From Caulobacterales bacterium (GTDB lineage Bacteria > Pseudomonadota > Alphaproteobacteria > Caulobacterales > Caulobacteraceae), in assembly GCA_019510435.1 (NCBI GenBank), contig JAEKKJ010000011.1, forward strand, positions 115,252 to 179,251: 64,000 nucleotides of DNA. The letters are read 5' to 3'. Under the pieces are notes generated by a model, which had not been told where the DNA came from, did no database searches, and worked only from the letters and a program-made list of their open reading frames with translations. The position numbers and the translations under genes are program-made. Positions 18,128 to 26,575 of the stretch are shown piece by piece; position 1 is the first letter of the stretch; every line of letters begins with the position of its first letter.

Positions 18128-20374
18128 CTAGAACTTGTAGGAGCCGCGGATGCCAGCGAAGCGCCGGAAGTCGCGAGGCAGGATGACCTGCAGCGCCTGC
18201 TGACTGTTGTAGGTGGTCGTCGCGTTGAAGATGTTCGAATAGTACTGCTTGTCGAAGACGTTGTTCACGAACGCCATGATCTCGTAGTGGTGCTCGGGAT
18301 CACGAATGCCGGCGGTCAGGTTGAGGACGCCGTAGCCGTCCTGGATCGTCTGAGGATCGCCGCTCAGCGCGAAGTTCATCTTGCTCTGATACGAGAACGA
18401 GGCGATCCCGACGCCGACCCACGGCGTGCCGGAGATCTGGTGCGTGTAGTTGGCGTCCGCCGAGAGCTTGAACTTCGGCGACTGGGCCGGACGGTGGCCC
18501 GACAGGTCCTGGTGGGCCGGCGCCGGCGTCGCCACGCAGCCCTGGGCCACCGTTTGCAGCGGATAGCACTGGGCCAGGGGGAACGACGTGATCTTGGCGT
18601 CGAGATAGGCGGCCGACGCGGAGATCCGCAGGTCGTCCGTCAGGCGCGCCGCGGAGTCCACCTCGACGCCCTGGGTGCGCAGGGCGCCGACGTTGGCCAG
18701 GCGGAAGTTCACGGTGCCGTCCGGGAGCGTTTCGGCGCCCTGGGCCTGGAAGTTACGGTACTTGGTGCGGAAGGCGGTGACGTTCAGCGTCAGCCGGCCG
18801 TCGAAGAACTGGCTGCGCACGCCAGCCTCGAAGCCCTTGGAGGTCTCGGGGTGCACGGGGCCGGCCAGGAAGCGGTTCTGGTTGAAGCCGGTCGTGAGGT
18901 CGTAGGTCTGGCCCTTGTGCCCGGTCGCGTAGGACACATAGCCCATCACGTCCTGGGTGAACTTGTGGTTCAGCGCGGCGCGATAGGTCCAGAAGTTGTC
19001 GGTGGCGTCACCCTGGTAGAGGGCGTTGCCGTTCAGGATGTCCAGGAAGGTGTAGCTGACCTTCTCGTGCTGGCGGCGCAGGCCGCCGGTGACCGTGGTG
19101 CCGGGGGTGAATTCCCAGTCGACCTGGCCGAAGGCGGCGTACTGCTTGGAGGCGGAGGTCGCGTACCAGCGGGCCAGTGAGAAGACGGGGCCGCGCTGGA
19201 AGTTCCGGATATAGTCCACGTCCGCGTAGTAGACGCCGGCGGTGTAGCGCAGCGGCTGGTCGTTGCGGGACACGACCCGGAATTCCTGGGTGAACTGGCC
19301 CGACTTGAAGTCGCCGAGCTGGCGGTTGTCGATGACGTTCGAGGCCGTCTCGTCCACGTCCAGCAGGTCGGTGACGGTATAGTTGTCGTTGCCGGTCACC
19401 GAGACCAGGGTCGCGGGGCCGAGGTCGTACTCGATCTTCAGCGACTGGCTGTTGTCTTCGTAGTCGGTGCGGGCGCCGAAGTTGTTGGCGAAGTGGGTGT
19501 TCTCCGGCCCGACCGTGATGCCGGGCTCGAACACGGACGGCGGGATCGCCGGATTGCCGCGCAGGAAGGCATTCGGCGCCAGGGCGACGAAGGGACGGCC
19601 CACGGTGGTGTCGCCGTTCACATAGTTCCAGCCGAGCGTTGCGGTCAGCTTGTCGGTGGGGGTCCAGATCAGCTTGCCGTGCACCGCGGCGAACTCGCGG
19701 CCGCTCGCCTTGTCGCCATTGAAGACGTTGCGCGCGTTGCCCTTGAAGTCGTCGTAGTTGGCGCTGACGCGGAAGGCCAGTTGGTCGTTGATCGGACCCG
19801 AGATCGCCCCGCCGGCCGCATATTCGTCGTCGGTGGTGGCCAGGCCGTTGATCTCGCCACTGAACGTCTTGGTCGGGCCGCGGGTGACGATATTGATCAG
19901 GCCGGCCGAGGCGGACTTGCCGTAGAGGGTGCTCTGCGGGCCGCGCAGCACTTCGATGTGCTCGATGTCGGAGAGGTCGGTGAAGGCGCGGGCCTGGAAG
20001 GCCACCGGCACGTCGTCGACCTGGATGGCCACGCTGGGTTCGACGCCGATGGAGAAGGCGAAGGTGCCGACGCCACGGATCGAGATCGAGGAGTTGACCG
20101 GCTGTTCGGCGGGACGCACGACCAGCGAGGGCGCGAGCTTCGTGAGGTCCGTGAACTCCCGCACGCCGGCGGCGGCGAGCTGGGTGCTGGACACCACCTG
20201 CACGGCCTGCGGCACGTCCTGGACGTTCTCCGCCCGCTTCTGGGCGGTGACGATCACCTCTTCCACAGTGGACGCAGGGGCGTCGGCGGCGCGCGCCGCG
20301 CCGGCGGCGAGCCCGGCCGCGAGTCCGGCCAGCAGGCACGTCGACAGCGCGGTGTTGGAAAACAGCTTCCTCAT
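18128..20374 (-). CDS. TonB-dependent outer-membrane receptor
   Basis: Signal peptide, TonB box EEVIVTAQKR, plug motifs SIRG and IEVLRGPQSTLYG, C-terminal GIRGSYKF. Confidence 0.93.
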   Translation of the reverse strand: MRKLFSNTALSTCLLAGLAAGLAAGAARAADAPASTVEEVIVTAQKRAENVQDVPQAVQVVSSTQLAAAGVREFTDLTKLAPSLVVRPAEQPVNSSISIRGVGTFAFSIGVEPSVAIQVDDVPVAFQARAFTDLSDIEHIEVLRGPQSTLYGKSASAGLINIVTRGPTKTFSGEINGLATTDDEYAAGGAISGPINDQLAFRVSANYDDFKGNARNVFNGDKASGREFAAVHGKLIWTPTDKLTATLGWNYVNGDTTVGRPFVALAPNAFLRGNPAIPPSVFEPGITVGPENTHFANNFGARTDYEDNSQSLKIEYDLGPATLVSVTGNDNYTVTDLLDVDETASNVIDNRQLGDFKSGQFTQEFRVVSRNDQPLRYTAGVYYADVDYIRNFQRGPVFSLARWYATSASKQYAAFGQVDWEFTPGTTVTGGLRRQHEKVSYTFLDILNGNALYQGDATDNFWTYRAALNHKFTQDVMGYVSYATGHKGQTYDLTTGFNQNRFLAGPVHPETSKGFEAGVRSQFFDGRLTLNVTAFRTKYRNFQAQGAETLPDGTVNFRLANVGALRTQGVEVDSAARLTDDLRISASAAYLDAKITSFPLAQCYPLQTVAQGCVATPAPAHQDLSGHRPAQSPKFKLSADANYTHQISGTPWVGVGIASFSYQSKMNFALSGDPQTIQDGYGVLNLTAGIRDPEHHYEIMAFVNNVFDKQYYSNIFNATTTYNSQQALQVILPRDFRRFAGIRGSYKF

Positions 20375-20418
20375 ATCCCTCCCCTTCAGGTCTGCAGGGC
20401 GTTATGACCGCCCGTTCC

Positions 20419-20449
20419 AAATCGGTCCTACCATATTGGTAAGGCCACC
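20419..20449. promoter_or_regulatory. Tandem FadR/GntR-type operator boxes upstream of the receptor gene
   Basis: CGGTCCTACCA (20423-20433) and TGGTAAGGCCA (20437-20447); same 14-bp offset as the pair upstream of manD. Confidence 0.62.
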
Positions 20450-20531
20450 TGCAATGACCGGTATGGCAGAATTGCGAAGGTCGCCGCTACCAGTGGGGTA
20501 CGGCATGGGCAGGCGGTGGCGGGGCTTGTCT

Positions 20532-20549
20532 AAATTGGCCTGACCAGAT
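20532..20549. promoter_or_regulatory. Single FadR/GntR-type box at the regulator gene start (autoregulation candidate)
   Basis: AAATTGGCCTGACCAGAT, ending just before the ATG at 20554. Confidence 0.55.
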
Positions 20550-20553
20550 ACGA

Positions 20554-21318
20554 ATGACGACGATGGTTTCGAAAGCCGAGTCTGGACGCCTTTACGAGCG
20601 GGTCGCCGACGACCTCTCGCAAAAGATCGCGGCTGGACAGTATGCGGTGGGCCAGCGCCTGCCGTCCGAGCGTGACCTCGCCCAGGCCTACGCCGTCTCC
20701 CGCCCCACCATCCGCGAGGCGATCATCGCCCTCGAACTGGACGGGCTGGTGGAGGTGCGCCTCGGCTCGGGGGTCTATGTGACGGCGCGCCTGCCGCATG
20801 GCGGCCAGGCCGGCGAGACGGATGTCGGCCCCTTCGAACTGCTGGAGGCCCGCCGCGCGATCGAGGGCGAGGCCTGCGCCCTGGCTGCCGTGCTGATCAC
20901 CGACGAACAGCTGGACGAGCTGCAGCAGCTGGTGGCCGAGATGCAGGCCGAGAATGCCCGCGACGTGGTGATGAGCGAGGACGCCGACCGCCGCTTCCAC
21001 ATGCTGATCGCCAGCGCCACCCAGAACAGCGCCATGGTCAACGCCGTGCAGATGCTGTGGGACGCGCGCGCCCGCTCGCCGCAGACCCAGCTGCTCAGCG
21101 CCAAGGCCCATGCCGCCGGCGTGACGCCGCGCATCGACGAGCATGCCGAGATCCTGGCGGCCCTGCGCGAGCGCTCCGCCGACGCCGCACGCCGGGCGAT
21201 GCGCGACCACCTCACCCGGGTGCTGGAATCGCTGCTCGCCGCCACCGAGGTCCACGAACTTGAACAGGCCCGCGCCCGCATCGCCGCGGAGCGCAGGCGC
21301 TACACCGCCACCGGCTGA
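20554..21318 (+). CDS. GntR/FadR-family transcriptional regulator (ExuR/UxuR-like)
   Basis: wHTH LPSERDLAQAYAVSRPTIREAIIALE, GSGVYV; FCD domain with D.RFH and EH.EI..AL. Confidence 0.9.
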   Translation: MTTMVSKAESGRLYERVADDLSQKIAAGQYAVGQRLPSERDLAQAYAVSRPTIREAIIALELDGLVEVRLGSGVYVTARLPHGGQAGETDVGPFELLEARRAIEGEACALAAVLITDEQLDELQQLVAEMQAENARDVVMSEDADRRFHMLIASATQNSAMVNAVQMLWDARARSPQTQLLSAKAHAAGVTPRIDEHAEILAALRERSADAARRAMRDHLTRVLESLLAATEVHELEQARARIAAERRRYTATG

Positions 21319-21375
21319 TCCGGGGGCGGCGCCGTACGCCCGCCAAAACGGGCGGCGGCTCTAGGGAGAGAAAGC

Positions 21376-23304
21376 ATGATCGACGAACAAGGGCCCGCGC
21401 GGCCCCGCGCTGTCACGCGCCGCCAGGCCGTGGGCGCCCTGGGCCTGGCCGCCTCCGCCGCTGCTGCGGCCGGCGCCGCCACGACAGCCGCCGCCCAGCC
21501 AACCCGCGGCCCGGCGAGCCTGCTCTATCCGCATGAGAGCCGCACCCGGGCGACCCGCGACCTCTCGGGCCTCTGGAGCTTCCAGCTGGATCCCAAGAAC
21601 GAGGGCGAGGCCGGCCGCTGGTTCGAGCGCGGCCTGCCCGCGCCGCGGAAGATTCCGGTGCCCTGCAGCTGGAACGACCTCTTCGACGACGCCCTCAACT
21701 ACTTCGGGACCGCCTGGTACGAGACCGAGTTCCATCTCGACCCGGCCTGGCGCGGCCGACGCGTGGCGGTGCGGTTCGGCTCGGCCGTCTATCATGCCCG
21801 CGTCTGGCTGAACGGCGTCTACCTGGGCGAGCACCTGGGCGGCCACCTGCCCTTCGCGTTCGACGTGACCGGCCTGGCGCACGATGGCGCGCCCAACCGC
21901 CTGGTGGTGGCGGTCGAGAACGAGCTGCGGGTGGACCGCGTGCCTTCGAGCCCGGATCCCAAGGCGGGCCACTTCGCCTTCCTGGAAGAGCCCAACACCG
22001 CCTACGACTTCTTCCCCTACTGCGGCCTGCACCGGCCGGTGCTGCTGTGCGCCGCGCCCGACACGCACCTGCAGGACGTGACCGTCACCACCGGGCTCTC
22101 CGGAAACCGCGGCGAGGTGGCCGTCGAGTTCCAGGTCAGCGGCGCCTGGTCGGGGCCCGCCACCCTCACCCTGACCGGTGGGCCGAAACCGGTGACCGTC
22201 ACCGCCGCGGTGAAGGCCGGGGCGGGTGTCGCGCGGATGGTCGTGCCGGACGTGCGCGCCTGGTCGCCGGACGACCCGTTCCTCTATCGCCTGACCGTCC
22301 GGCTGGGGCCGGAGGGCGCGCCGGTGGACGAGTACACGCTGAAGATCGGGGTGCGCACGATCGCGGTGCGCGGCAGCGAGATCCTGCTGAACGGCAAGCC
22401 GGTGTTCCTGAAGGGCTTCGGCAAGCACGAGGACGGCGCGATCCGCGGCAAGGCCCTGGACCTGCCGATGCTAGTCCGCGATTTCGAGCTGCTGAAGTGG
22501 CTGGGCGCGAACAGCTTCCGCACGTCGCACTATCCCTATGCGGAAGAGGCGCTGATGCTGGCCGACGAATACGGCCTCATGGTCATCGCCGAAACGCCCG
22601 GCGTCAGCCTGATCTTCTCCGACCCGCCGGAGGTCATCGAGGCCCGCTACAAGCAGCTGGAGATGGCCCTCGGCGAGCTGATCCGCCGCGACCGCAACCA
22701 CCCCTGCGTGATCCTGTGGTCGCTGGCCAACGAGCCGATCGCCAAGCCCTTCCACACCGCCGACCCGGAGCCTCCGGGGGCGGTCGAGACGGGCCGCAAG
22801 TTCTTCGCCAACCTGTTCGCGCGCGCCCGCAGCCTGGACCGCACCCGCCCGGTGGCCCTGGTCAGCGTCCAGGGCGGGCCGGCCGAATGGGTCGGCCAGG
22901 GCGACGTCATCTGCCAGAACTCGTACAACGGCTGGTATGCCGTCTCTGGCCGGCTGGGCGACGCCGCCGTCGCGCTGGAGCAGGAGGTGACGGCCCTACG
23001 CGCGCGCCATGGCGACAAGCCGGTGATCTATACCGAGTTCGGGGCCGACGCCGTGGCGGGCATGCATTCCCAGCCGCCGGCCATGTGGACCGAGGACTAC
23101 CAGGCCGACATCATCGAGACCTACTGGCAGGTGCTGCGCAAGCATCCCTATGTGGTCGGCACGCACCCCTGGGCCTTCGCCGACTTCCGCACGGGCCAGA
23201 GCACCATGCGCGTGGGGGCCCTGAACCAGAAGGGTGTCTTCACCCGCGACCGCCGGCCCAAGCTGGCGGCCCACCGCCTGCGCAGCCTGTGGCGCTCGAC
23301 CTGA
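21376..23304 (+). CDS. uidA: Tat-exported GH2 beta-glucuronidase (UidA-like)
   Basis: TRRQAVG signal; FRTSHYPY, acid/base WSLANEP, nucleophile TEFGAD, uronate-recognising NxKG motif (NQKGVFTRDRRPK). Confidence 0.85.
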   Translation: MIDEQGPARPRAVTRRQAVGALGLAASAAAAAGAATTAAAQPTRGPASLLYPHESRTRATRDLSGLWSFQLDPKNEGEAGRWFERGLPAPRKIPVPCSWNDLFDDALNYFGTAWYETEFHLDPAWRGRRVAVRFGSAVYHARVWLNGVYLGEHLGGHLPFAFDVTGLAHDGAPNRLVVAVENELRVDRVPSSPDPKAGHFAFLEEPNTAYDFFPYCGLHRPVLLCAAPDTHLQDVTVTTGLSGNRGEVAVEFQVSGAWSGPATLTLTGGPKPVTVTAAVKAGAGVARMVVPDVRAWSPDDPFLYRLTVRLGPEGAPVDEYTLKIGVRTIAVRGSEILLNGKPVFLKGFGKHEDGAIRGKALDLPMLVRDFELLKWLGANSFRTSHYPYAEEALMLADEYGLMVIAETPGVSLIFSDPPEVIEARYKQLEMALGELIRRDRNHPCVILWSLANEPIAKPFHTADPEPPGAVETGRKFFANLFARARSLDRTRPVALVSVQGGPAEWVGQGDVICQNSYNGWYAVSGRLGDAAVALEQEVTALRARHGDKPVIYTEFGADAVAGMHSQPPAMWTEDYQADIIETYWQVLRKHPYVVGTHPWAFADFRTGQSTMRVGALNQKGVFTRDRRPKLAAHRLRSLWRST

Positions 23305-23319
23305 TCTGGAGGGGCTGAG

Positions 23320-23775
23320 CTATCGGCCCAGCTGGGCGCGGGCGGCCGCCTCGGCGTGCTCCACCCCGTTCAGCGGGTCGCCCTGCTCCAGGATGGCGTA
23401 GAGGCGGCGCAGGTCCTGGGTGGTGATCTTGCGCACCCCGTGCTCGCGCGACCAGTCCAGGCCCACCAGCTGGCCCAGCCGGCACGCCTTGGGCAGCAGC
23501 TGGGCGCGTTCGGCCGGCGAGGCGCGGGTCACCAGCTGGCGCATGATGGCGTTCCAGTTGGGCGAGCCAGGCACGCAGCCCAGGATGTGGTCGCACTCGC
23601 CGGTCCAGAAGCGCTTGTACCAGCGCGAATGCTCGGCCGAATCGAAGCGCAGGGCCGCGGGCGTGACGCTGGCCTGGCAGATGTCGGCCACGTACGCCTG
23701 GGCCTGGGCCTGCGGGGCGGCGAGGCTGAGGAGGAGCACGGTCGCGAGGGCGGCGGCGTTACGCAAGGGGCACAT
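23320..23775 (-). CDS. Hypothetical secreted protein with several cysteines
   Basis: ATG 23775; signal peptide ending QAQA; 151 aa; GC3-biased codons. Confidence 0.65.
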   Translation of the reverse strand: MCPLRNAAALATVLLLSLAAPQAQAQAYVADICQASVTPAALRFDSAEHSRWYKRFWTGECDHILGCVPGSPNWNAIMRQLVTRASPAERAQLLPKACRLGQLVGLDWSREHGVRKITTQDLRRLYAILEQGDPLNGVEHAEAAARAQLGR

Positions 23776-23791
23776 GGGTCGGTCCTGAAGC

Positions 23792-24574
23792 CTATATGGC
23801 GCCGGCGACGGGGCCGTCGGCGCGGCCCTCGACGAACTGGCGGACATAGGCGTTGTCGGTCGTGTCGAGCTCGGCCGGCGGCCCGCGCCAGACGATGCGG
23901 CCGGCGTGCAGCATGGCGATCTCGTCGCCGATGGTGCGCGCCGAGGCGAGGTCGTGGGTGATCGAGACGGCGGTGCAGCCCAGGTGGCGCACCTGCTCGA
24001 CGATCAGCGCGTTGATGGCCGCGGCGGTGATCGGGTCGAGGCCGGTGGTCGGCTCGTCGAAGAACAGCACGTCGGGGCGCGCCGCCACCGCCCGCGCCAG
24101 GCCCACGCGCTTCTGCATGCCCCCGGAGAGGCTGCCCGGGTAGACGTCCAGGATGTCGGCGCCGAGGCGCACCCGCGACAGGGCGTCCAGGGCCCGCGCG
24201 CGCGCCTCGTTGCGCGGCACGCGGTCGGCGTTGATCAGGCGGAAGGCCACGTTCTCCCAGACGGTCAGGCTGTCGAACAGGGCCGCGCCCTGGAACAGCA
24301 CGCCCACCTGGCCGTAAAGCGCCCGGCGTGCCGCCGGGGTGGCGGCAGCCATCTCCTGGCCGTCGATCAGGATCTGGCCGGCGTCGGCGGCCAGCAGCCC
24401 CAGGGCCAGCTTGAGCGTCACCGACTTGCCCTGCCCCGACCCGCCGATGATCACCAGCGAGCGGCCGGCGTCCACCGCCAGGTCCAGGCCATCCAGCACC
24501 ACCTGCCCGCCGAAGCGCTTGTCGACGCCACGCCATTCCAGCTTGGGCGTGGCCAGTTTGGGCATCGCGGTCAT
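23792..24574 (-). CDS. mlaF: Mla/Ttg2 ABC transporter ATP-binding subunit
   Basis: C-terminal part of track ORF 23792..25444; GGSGQGKS, LFQGAALFDSL, LSGGMQKRV, FDEPTTGLDP, ITHD. Confidence 0.88.
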   Translation of the reverse strand: MTAMPKLATPKLEWRGVDKRFGGQVVLDGLDLAVDAGRSLVIIGGSGQGKSVTLKLALGLLAADAGQILIDGQEMAAATPAARRALYGQVGVLFQGAALFDSLTVWENVAFRLINADRVPRNEARARALDALSRVRLGADILDVYPGSLSGGMQKRVGLARAVAARPDVLFFDEPTTGLDPITAAAINALIVEQVRHLGCTAVSITHDLASARTIGDEIAMLHAGRIVWRGPPAELDTTDNAYVRQFVEGRADGPVAGAI

Positions 24575-25377
24575 GCGCGGGTGAAGAGCGTGGTCAGCAG
24601 GTAGTCGCTGGCGAAGATCAGGATCGCTGAGGAGACCACCGCGTGGGTGGTGGCCCGCCCCACCCCACGCGCGCCGCCCGAGGCGTTGTAGCCGTGGTAG
24701 CAGCCCATCAGCGCCACGATGAAGCCGAACACCGCCGCCTTCACCAGCCCCGAGCCCACGTCCCACTCCTGGATGAAGGTCATGGTGTTGCGGACGTAGA
24801 CGGTGGGGTTGAAGCCCAGCACCCGCACCGCCACCAGCCAGCCGCCGGAGACGCCGATGATGTCGGCCACGGCGGTCAGCAGCGGCAGGACCAGAACGGC
24901 GGCCACCAGCCGCGGGGCGACCAGGTAGCGGAACGGGTCGGTGGAGAGCGTCACCATGGCGTCGATCTGTTCGGTGGCGCGCATGGCCCCCACCTCGGCG
25001 GCGATGGCGGCCGAGACGCGGCCCGCCAGCATCAGGGCCGCCAGCACCGGACCCAACTCGCGCGTGATGCCCAGGGCCACGATCTGCGGCATCACCTGCT
25101 CGGCATTGAAGCGCCCGCCGCCGGAGAAGATGTTGAGCGCCAGGGCCGCCCCGGTGAAGACGGCGGTCAGGCCCACCACCGGCAGCGAGAAGAACCCGAT
25201 CGCCAGCATCTGGCGCAGGGTCTGGCCCAGGAACCACGGGGCGCTGAAGGCGGCGGCCACGCCGCGGCCGGCGAACAGCGCCACGCTGCCGACCCGCCGC
25301 ACGCCGGCCAGGGCGGAGCGGCCGACGAAGCGGACGGGGTTCAGCGCGGCGGGGAGCGGCGCGGCGGCGGCGCCCAT
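24571..25377 (-). CDS. mlaE: Mla/Ttg2 ABC transporter permease
   Basis: RELGPVL.ALMLAGRV.AAIAAE.GAMRATEQIDAM, KAAVFG, VGRATT.AVV. Confidence 0.92.
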   Translation of the reverse strand: MGAAAAPLPAALNPVRFVGRSALAGVRRVGSVALFAGRGVAAAFSAPWFLGQTLRQMLAIGFFSLPVVGLTAVFTGAALALNIFSGGGRFNAEQVMPQIVALGITRELGPVLAALMLAGRVSAAIAAEVGAMRATEQIDAMVTLSTDPFRYLVAPRLVAAVLVLPLLTAVADIIGVSGGWLVAVRVLGFNPTVYVRNTMTFIQEWDVGSGLVKAAVFGFIVALMGCYHGYNASGGARGVGRATTHAVVSSAILIFASDYLLTTLFTRA

Positions 25378-25379
25378 GC

Positions 25380-25919
25380 TCAGGGGGCTCCCGGCGCGGG
25401 CGGCGCGGCCGGGGTCGGCGTCGCAACCGGCGCAGCTTGGCCACCGGCCGGCTGCTGCGGCCGCAGCACCTGGCCGATCAGGCCGAACAGGTCGACGGCG
25501 CCCTGGGTATTCTCGATTTCGCTGCCGGCCTTGAGGTTGTCGGCCGCCCCGCCCGGCGCGATCACCACATGGGCGCCGCCCAGCAGGCCGTCGCTGGTGA
25601 TCTTGGCGCTGGAGTCGGAGGGCAGCTTGACCTTGCCGTCGATGTTGAAGTGGGCGACCGCCAGATAGGTCTTGGGGTCGAGGCTGATGTCGGTGACCGT
25701 GCCGACCTTCACACCGGCGACGCTGACCGCGGCGCCAGGGGCGAGCGAGCCGACCTCGCCGAAGCGGGCGGTGACCTCATAGCCGCCGGACTTGCGCCCG
25801 ACGCCGCCGACGCTCAGCGAATAGGCGAGGAAGATCGCCGCCACCACGATCACCGCCAGGCCCATGGCCGCCTCGGCCCACTGCTCCCGCGTCGCGGGAT
25901 CCGTCCGCGCGCCGCTCAT
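25380..25919 (-). CDS. mlaD: MCE-domain outer-membrane lipid asymmetry protein
   Basis: Single N-terminal TM, V.VAGVKVGTV, PSDSSAKITSDGLLGG. Confidence 0.88.
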   Translation of the reverse strand: MSGARTDPATREQWAEAAMGLAVIVVAAIFLAYSLSVGGVGRKSGGYEVTARFGEVGSLAPGAAVSVAGVKVGTVTDISLDPKTYLAVAHFNIDGKVKLPSDSSAKITSDGLLGGAHVVIAPGGAADNLKAGSEIENTQGAVDLFGLIGQVLRPQQPAGGQAAPVATPTPAAPPAPGAP

Positions 25920-26575
25920 GGCTTCTGGGCGTCGCGCTGCAGCTGGGCGATCAGCACGCCGACGTCGCCGCCGGCGTTGTCGATCGTCGAGACGAAGTCC
26001 TGTTGCTGGGTGATGGCCAGCCAGACGCCCTTGAACTGCATGTCCACGACCTTCCAGTTCGAGCCGGAGCCGAGGACGCGCCAGGACACCGCCAGCGGTG
26101 GCCCGGGCGGGCCGCCGGTCAGCTGGGTGTTGACGATCACGTCGCCGGGCTTGCGCACCACCGAGCCCACCACCTTCAGCGAGGCGCCCCGGTATTCGTT
26201 GAGGCGGTTCTCGTAGACGGTCTCGGCATAGCGCCGGAAGGCCTGGGTGAACTGGGCGCTCTGCGCCGGGGTGATCGTGCGCGCGTACTTGCCCAGCACG
26301 AAGGTGGTGATCTTCGGCACGTCCACCAGCTGGTTGACCGCCTCGTGGAAGGCCGCCTTGCGCTGGGTGGCGCTGGCCGACTTGTCGGAGAGCGTGGTCA
26401 GGACCTTCTGGGCGGCGGCCTGCACGAACTGCTCGGCGCCGGCGTCGCGCGGGGCCTCGGCGTGGGCGGCCGGCGCGGCTGCGGCCAGGCCCAGCGCCAG
26501 GCCAAGCGCCAGGATCGCGGCGGCGACGCCGCGCCGGCTGGGCGCGGAGGTATCGGAAGCGGTCATCGTCATCAT
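25916..26575 (-). CDS. mlaC: MlaC/Ttg2D periplasmic phospholipid-binding protein
   Basis: Signal peptide, FVLGKYAR, WKVVDM.FKGVWL..TQQQDF.S.I; operon position. Confidence 0.85.
   Translation of the reverse strand: MMTMTASDTSAPSRRGVAAAILALGLALGLAAAAPAAHAEAPRDAGAEQFVQAAAQKVLTTLSDKSASATQRKAAFHEAVNQLVDVPKITTFVLGKYARTITPAQSAQFTQAFRRYAETVYENRLNEYRGASLKVVGSVVRKPGDVIVNTQLTGGPPGPPLAVSWRVLGSGSNWKVVDMQFKGVWLAITQQQDFVSTIDNAGGDVGVLIAQLQRDAQKP

Noticed and set aside
6330-23800. attL/attR-bounded integrative element at tRNA-Val
   Set aside because: No integrase gene and no repeat of the tRNA 3' end seen by eye, so no mobile element is called; kept only as a low-interest finding.
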